From positions 14,000 through 45,999 of the forward strand of contig NZ_AUDJ01000029.1 of assembly GCF_000425405.1 (NCBI RefSeq): a stretch of 32,000 nucleotides of DNA, written 5' to 3'. The stretch is from Ferrimonas kyonanensis DSM 18153 (GTDB lineage: Bacteria; Pseudomonadota; Gammaproteobacteria; Enterobacterales; Shewanellaceae). The position numbers were made by a program, and so were the translations under genes. Positions 29,366-32,000 of the stretch are shown here, piece by piece. Numbering within the stretch: the first letter of the stretch is position 1; each line of letters starts with the position of its first letter. The notes beneath the pieces are model-generated. The model was not told the origin of the DNA, made no database searches, and saw nothing but the letters and a program-made list of their open reading frames with translations.

Positions 29366-32000
29366 TCACTGGTTTGCGGGTTTCGAAGGATCCAGCGGCG
29401 TCAGATCCGGCCCATGTCGACCGGGAGAGCCTGAGCCTCCACCGACCGGCGCCCCTGCCTCCTGGCTGTGCTTGACCGGGTCGATATGGCCAGCCATTTC
29501 ACTGGCGGCCCCCATTAAGCGCTCACCATCTGCAGTACGCCCTGCCGCGACCATAGCTTCCCCCATGGCCATTAAGTGCCCGGGAACCTCTGCATATCGC
29601 TCTAGAGCAGTATGGTTGTTGTGCTCCACAGCTGTATCGTACGCATCTGTAAACCGAGACTGGAAGTCCTCCAGGTTCTCGAATTTCAGCGCATCAGGCT
29701 GGTGGGCGCCCCAGTACGTCGGAAGGTGCGGAGAGAACGCCCCCACATCCGAGGCGTCATGACCCAGGATGGCCATTCCTGCGCTAACCGCTAACCCGGC
29801 CGAAGTCTCTCCGGCATTTGCATAGCCAGCACTCAACTGAGCCTGAGCCACCGGGGTTAACGGGACGCTTTGGCCAGAGGAAGCAGACAGCATTCGAAGA
29901 TCATCCAGCGCCGCCATCGTCTTGGGGCTGTTGCCGTTAATCGTCTCTGTCGCCTGGCGCCACTTGTCACCGTTTTCCACCGCTCTGTAGAAGTCCTCGC
30001 CGTAAAGCTGCTGGTAGCGCTCGGCAACATCATCCATCAGTGCCACTGCGCCGGCGCTGGCCGGATTGCTCATCAGCAGCTCAGGGCCAGGCACATCGCC
30101 TCTAAGCATCTCACTCATCAAACCGGCGTACTCCAGGCTCGACTGCCCCTCAGCGACCAGTGAAGCATGGGCATAAAGCGCTTTTTGGCTGTCAGACCAC
30201 TGGCTTGATGGGCCGGAGAGATGCTCATTGAGCAGGTTCATTGCCCCCTGCCATCGCTCTTTATCCGCGCCCGCCAGGGCCTGATTGGTGTGGTTTTGGA
30301 GCTGATCAAAGTTTGGTGCCACATCGGGGTTGCCGTGGGTTAGGGCCCCGGCGATGGCCGCCACAGTCAGTTGCTGCTCGGGCAAGGATAGCGGCTGGTC
30401 GCTGTTAAAATGCGACAACGCAGCTGTGGGATAGGCTGCATTGGTCGCCGCCTCCACGTTCGCGGCTTGCACGGCCAGGGGTACCGTCTCATTCCCCTTG
30501 TAGCCATTGGCGCCATAGTGATCGTCACTCAGGGAGTAGGCGATCAGGTTGTCGTTGGCTGCCTCAACACGCTGCGCGGTTGCAAGGGACCGATCAGCAA
30601 AGCGCTGCTCGAGCTGAGCGCTAGCTTGCTCAAGCCGCGCTTTGCCACCTTCATGAGCTTGATACACCTGGTTTTCGCCATTGAGAGCAGCCTTCTCGCT
30701 CTGCAGCGCCAATGACGTGACCGCATCACGATCCCTATCAATTTTATCTGCACGCGCGGCCTGCTCTGTCTTGGCCTCGGTGGATACCTCGGAGGGCTTA
30801 TTGGCCTGCTGCTGGATCTCATCTGTGAGCTCGGCGGAGCGCACCAGGGCATGCCCAAGCTGCTCGATGCCGGTACGGTTCTTGGAGTTATCGCCAATAT
30901 CCTTGAGAGCTTCACCCATGGCCCTGACGCCAGCTGAGTAGTCACTGCCCTCCCCGCCTCTACCATCTGAACTCAACAGCTCAATGTTTCCTTTCTGAAT
31001 GTCCTGGTACATGTCACGTAGCGCGACACCCCATGCAGCCGACCCCTGCATCTCAGGCGTGAGCTGACCGGTGGTGTTCTCGAGGCCGAAGTTGAACGAC
31101 TGACGCAAGCGCTCTGCCTGTTGATATGCTGCCGAAGCCGGGGCACCATCGACGCCCAAGTTGGTCACATCTACTCGGTCCTGCAGCTTCTGCTGCTGTG
31201 CGGCCCAGGCCGCCTGAGCCTCCTCATGACGAGCATTTTCCTCTGGCGAGGCATCCGCCGATGGCGCCTGCAAAGGACTGGCATTGTGCTTCTCCAGAGC
31301 GGCGACAGCTTGCAGATGCTCATTGAGATTGCCGTGGTCATCCATCCGAAAGGCATCGGACACCAAGCCGTTTGCTTTCAAGGCATCCAGTACCTGCTCC
31401 CCCTTGATGCCAAAAAGGTTTTGCGCGAGTTCAACCGCAGTCATATTGCTGTTGATTGAGGCGTTCACCTCGGTCAGAGCCGCTTCTGTGGCCGCTTCCA
31501 GGTTGGATTTACTGGTGGTGTAATTTTGAAGTAGCGCCGCGCCATCGGTGCGAGCGTTGGTCCGGTTGGCGCTGAGCTGGTCGTTATGCACCTTGGAGTA
31601 GCGCTCCGCTTCCAGCAGATTGCTTTGATATTGCTCATTGTATTGCTGGGAAAACTGTTCGGCGGTGCTTGCGCTCACGCCGGCTTGCGTCAGAGCCTTA
31701 GTCGAGATGTCACCGCCACTCACCAACGCCGACAACGCCCCCCCAGCCTTCCCTGCCAATGCCTTAATACCTGACTTGCCATCGAAGCCCAACTTGGCCG
31801 CGAGCTCATCACGCTGCTCTTGAGTCATCTTATTCACGGTTTGCCCCAGGGCATTCAGAGACGCAGAATCCGATTTGGTGAACCCTTGGTCCAAGTAGTT
31901 ACCAACACTGGTTGTGTTGCCGGCGGACAGTGCCGCCCCCCTTACATGACTCCATTGCTCATTGACTGCGTGCTGTGTGCTGGACAGCTCTTGCGATGCC
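29366..32000 (-). CDS. Very large Ala/Gln/Ser-rich protein, with its 5' end outside the window (more than 877 aa visible). It may be a TraG-like or mating-apparatus-associated protein.
   Basis: The minus-strand frame has no stop between the listed TTG at 31894 and base 32000, so the CDS continues beyond the window. I saw no enzymatic motif. The functional guess rests only on size, composition and the exported-protein operon downstream. Confidence 0.75.
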   Translation of the reverse strand, partial: ASQELSSTQHAVNEQWSHVRGAALSAGNTTSVGNYLDQGFTKSDSASLNALGQTVNKMTQEQRDELAAKLGFDGKSGIKALAGKAGGALSALVSGGDISTKALTQAGVSASTAEQFSQQYNEQYQSNLLEAERYSKVHNDQLSANRTNARTDGAALLQNYTTSKSNLEAATEAALTEVNASINSNMTAVELAQNLFGIKGEQVLDALKANGLVSDAFRMDDHGNLNEHLQAVAALEKHNASPLQAPSADASPEENARHEEAQAAWAAQQQKLQDRVDVTNLGVDGAPASAAYQQAERLRQSFNFGLENTTGQLTPEMQGSAAWGVALRDMYQDIQKGNIELLSSDGRGGEGSDYSAGVRAMGEALKDIGDNSKNRTGIEQLGHALVRSAELTDEIQQQANKPSEVSTEAKTEQAARADKIDRDRDAVTSLALQSEKAALNGENQVYQAHEGGKARLEQASAQLEQRFADRSLATAQRVEAANDNLIAYSLSDDHYGANGYKGNETVPLAVQAANVEAATNAAYPTAALSHFNSDQPLSLPEQQLTVAAIAGALTHGNPDVAPNFDQLQNHTNQALAGADKERWQGAMNLLNEHLSGPSSQWSDSQKALYAHASLVAEGQSSLEYAGLMSEMLRGDVPGPELLMSNPASAGAVALMDDVAERYQQLYGEDFYRAVENGDKWRQATETINGNSPKTMAALDDLRMLSASSGQSVPLTPVAQAQLSAGYANAGETSAGLAVSAGMAILGHDASDVGAFSPHLPTYWGAHQPDALKFENLEDFQSRFTDAYDTAVEHNNHTALERYAEVPGHLMAMGEAMVAAGRTADGERLMGAASEMAGHIDPVKHSQEAGAPVGGGSGSPGRHGPDLTPLDPSKPANQ

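Noticed and set aside
29274-31823. Numerous plus-strand ORFs of 60-160 aa antisense to the giant minus-strand gene.
   Set aside because: All are shadow frames inside one uninterrupted minus-strand frame of more than 2.6 kb.

Overview
This 32-kb window looks like part of a gamma-proteobacterial mobile element, either an ICE or a large conjugative plasmid. The gamma-type signals are a CTGT-N8-ACAG LexA box, hipBA, umuDC and a Tus homologue. I found no rRNA, tRNA or CRISPR array.

Layout:
- 1-6.0 kb: a GC-rich plus-strand operon. It holds the tail of an upstream CDS, a VWA protein with an N-terminal HExxH motif, a Toprim/primase-like protein and seven small unknown genes. G/C hairpins separate the cistrons.
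- 6.0-15.6 kb: cargo that is visibly lower in GC. It holds a secreted protein built from 20 two-cysteine units, an unknown ORF, hipBA with four phased operator-like repeats, a decayed IS5-family (IS903-like) remnant, and an AT-rich islet. The islet carries a secreted protein, a frameshifted lipoprotein gene and a tyrosine recombinase.
- 15.9-21.7 kb: a Tus homologue with an inverted pair of Ter-like sites upstream, small exported proteins, and a LexA-boxed umuDC operon flanked by two paralogous small HTH genes. In that operon umuC is frameshifted, and the UmuD-like protein lacks the N-terminal arm and both catalytic residues.
- 21.7-27.2 kb: accessory genes. These include a minus-strand five-gene membrane module (site-2-protease-like HELGH protein plus an H-NS N-terminal-domain-only protein) and an integrase-repeat-like protein.
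- 27.2-32.0 kb: a minus-strand operon of three exported proteins downstream of a very large Ala/Gln-rich protein that runs off the window end. This may be mating-apparatus related.

All homology statements come from reading the translations and recalling reference sequences. No database search was run.
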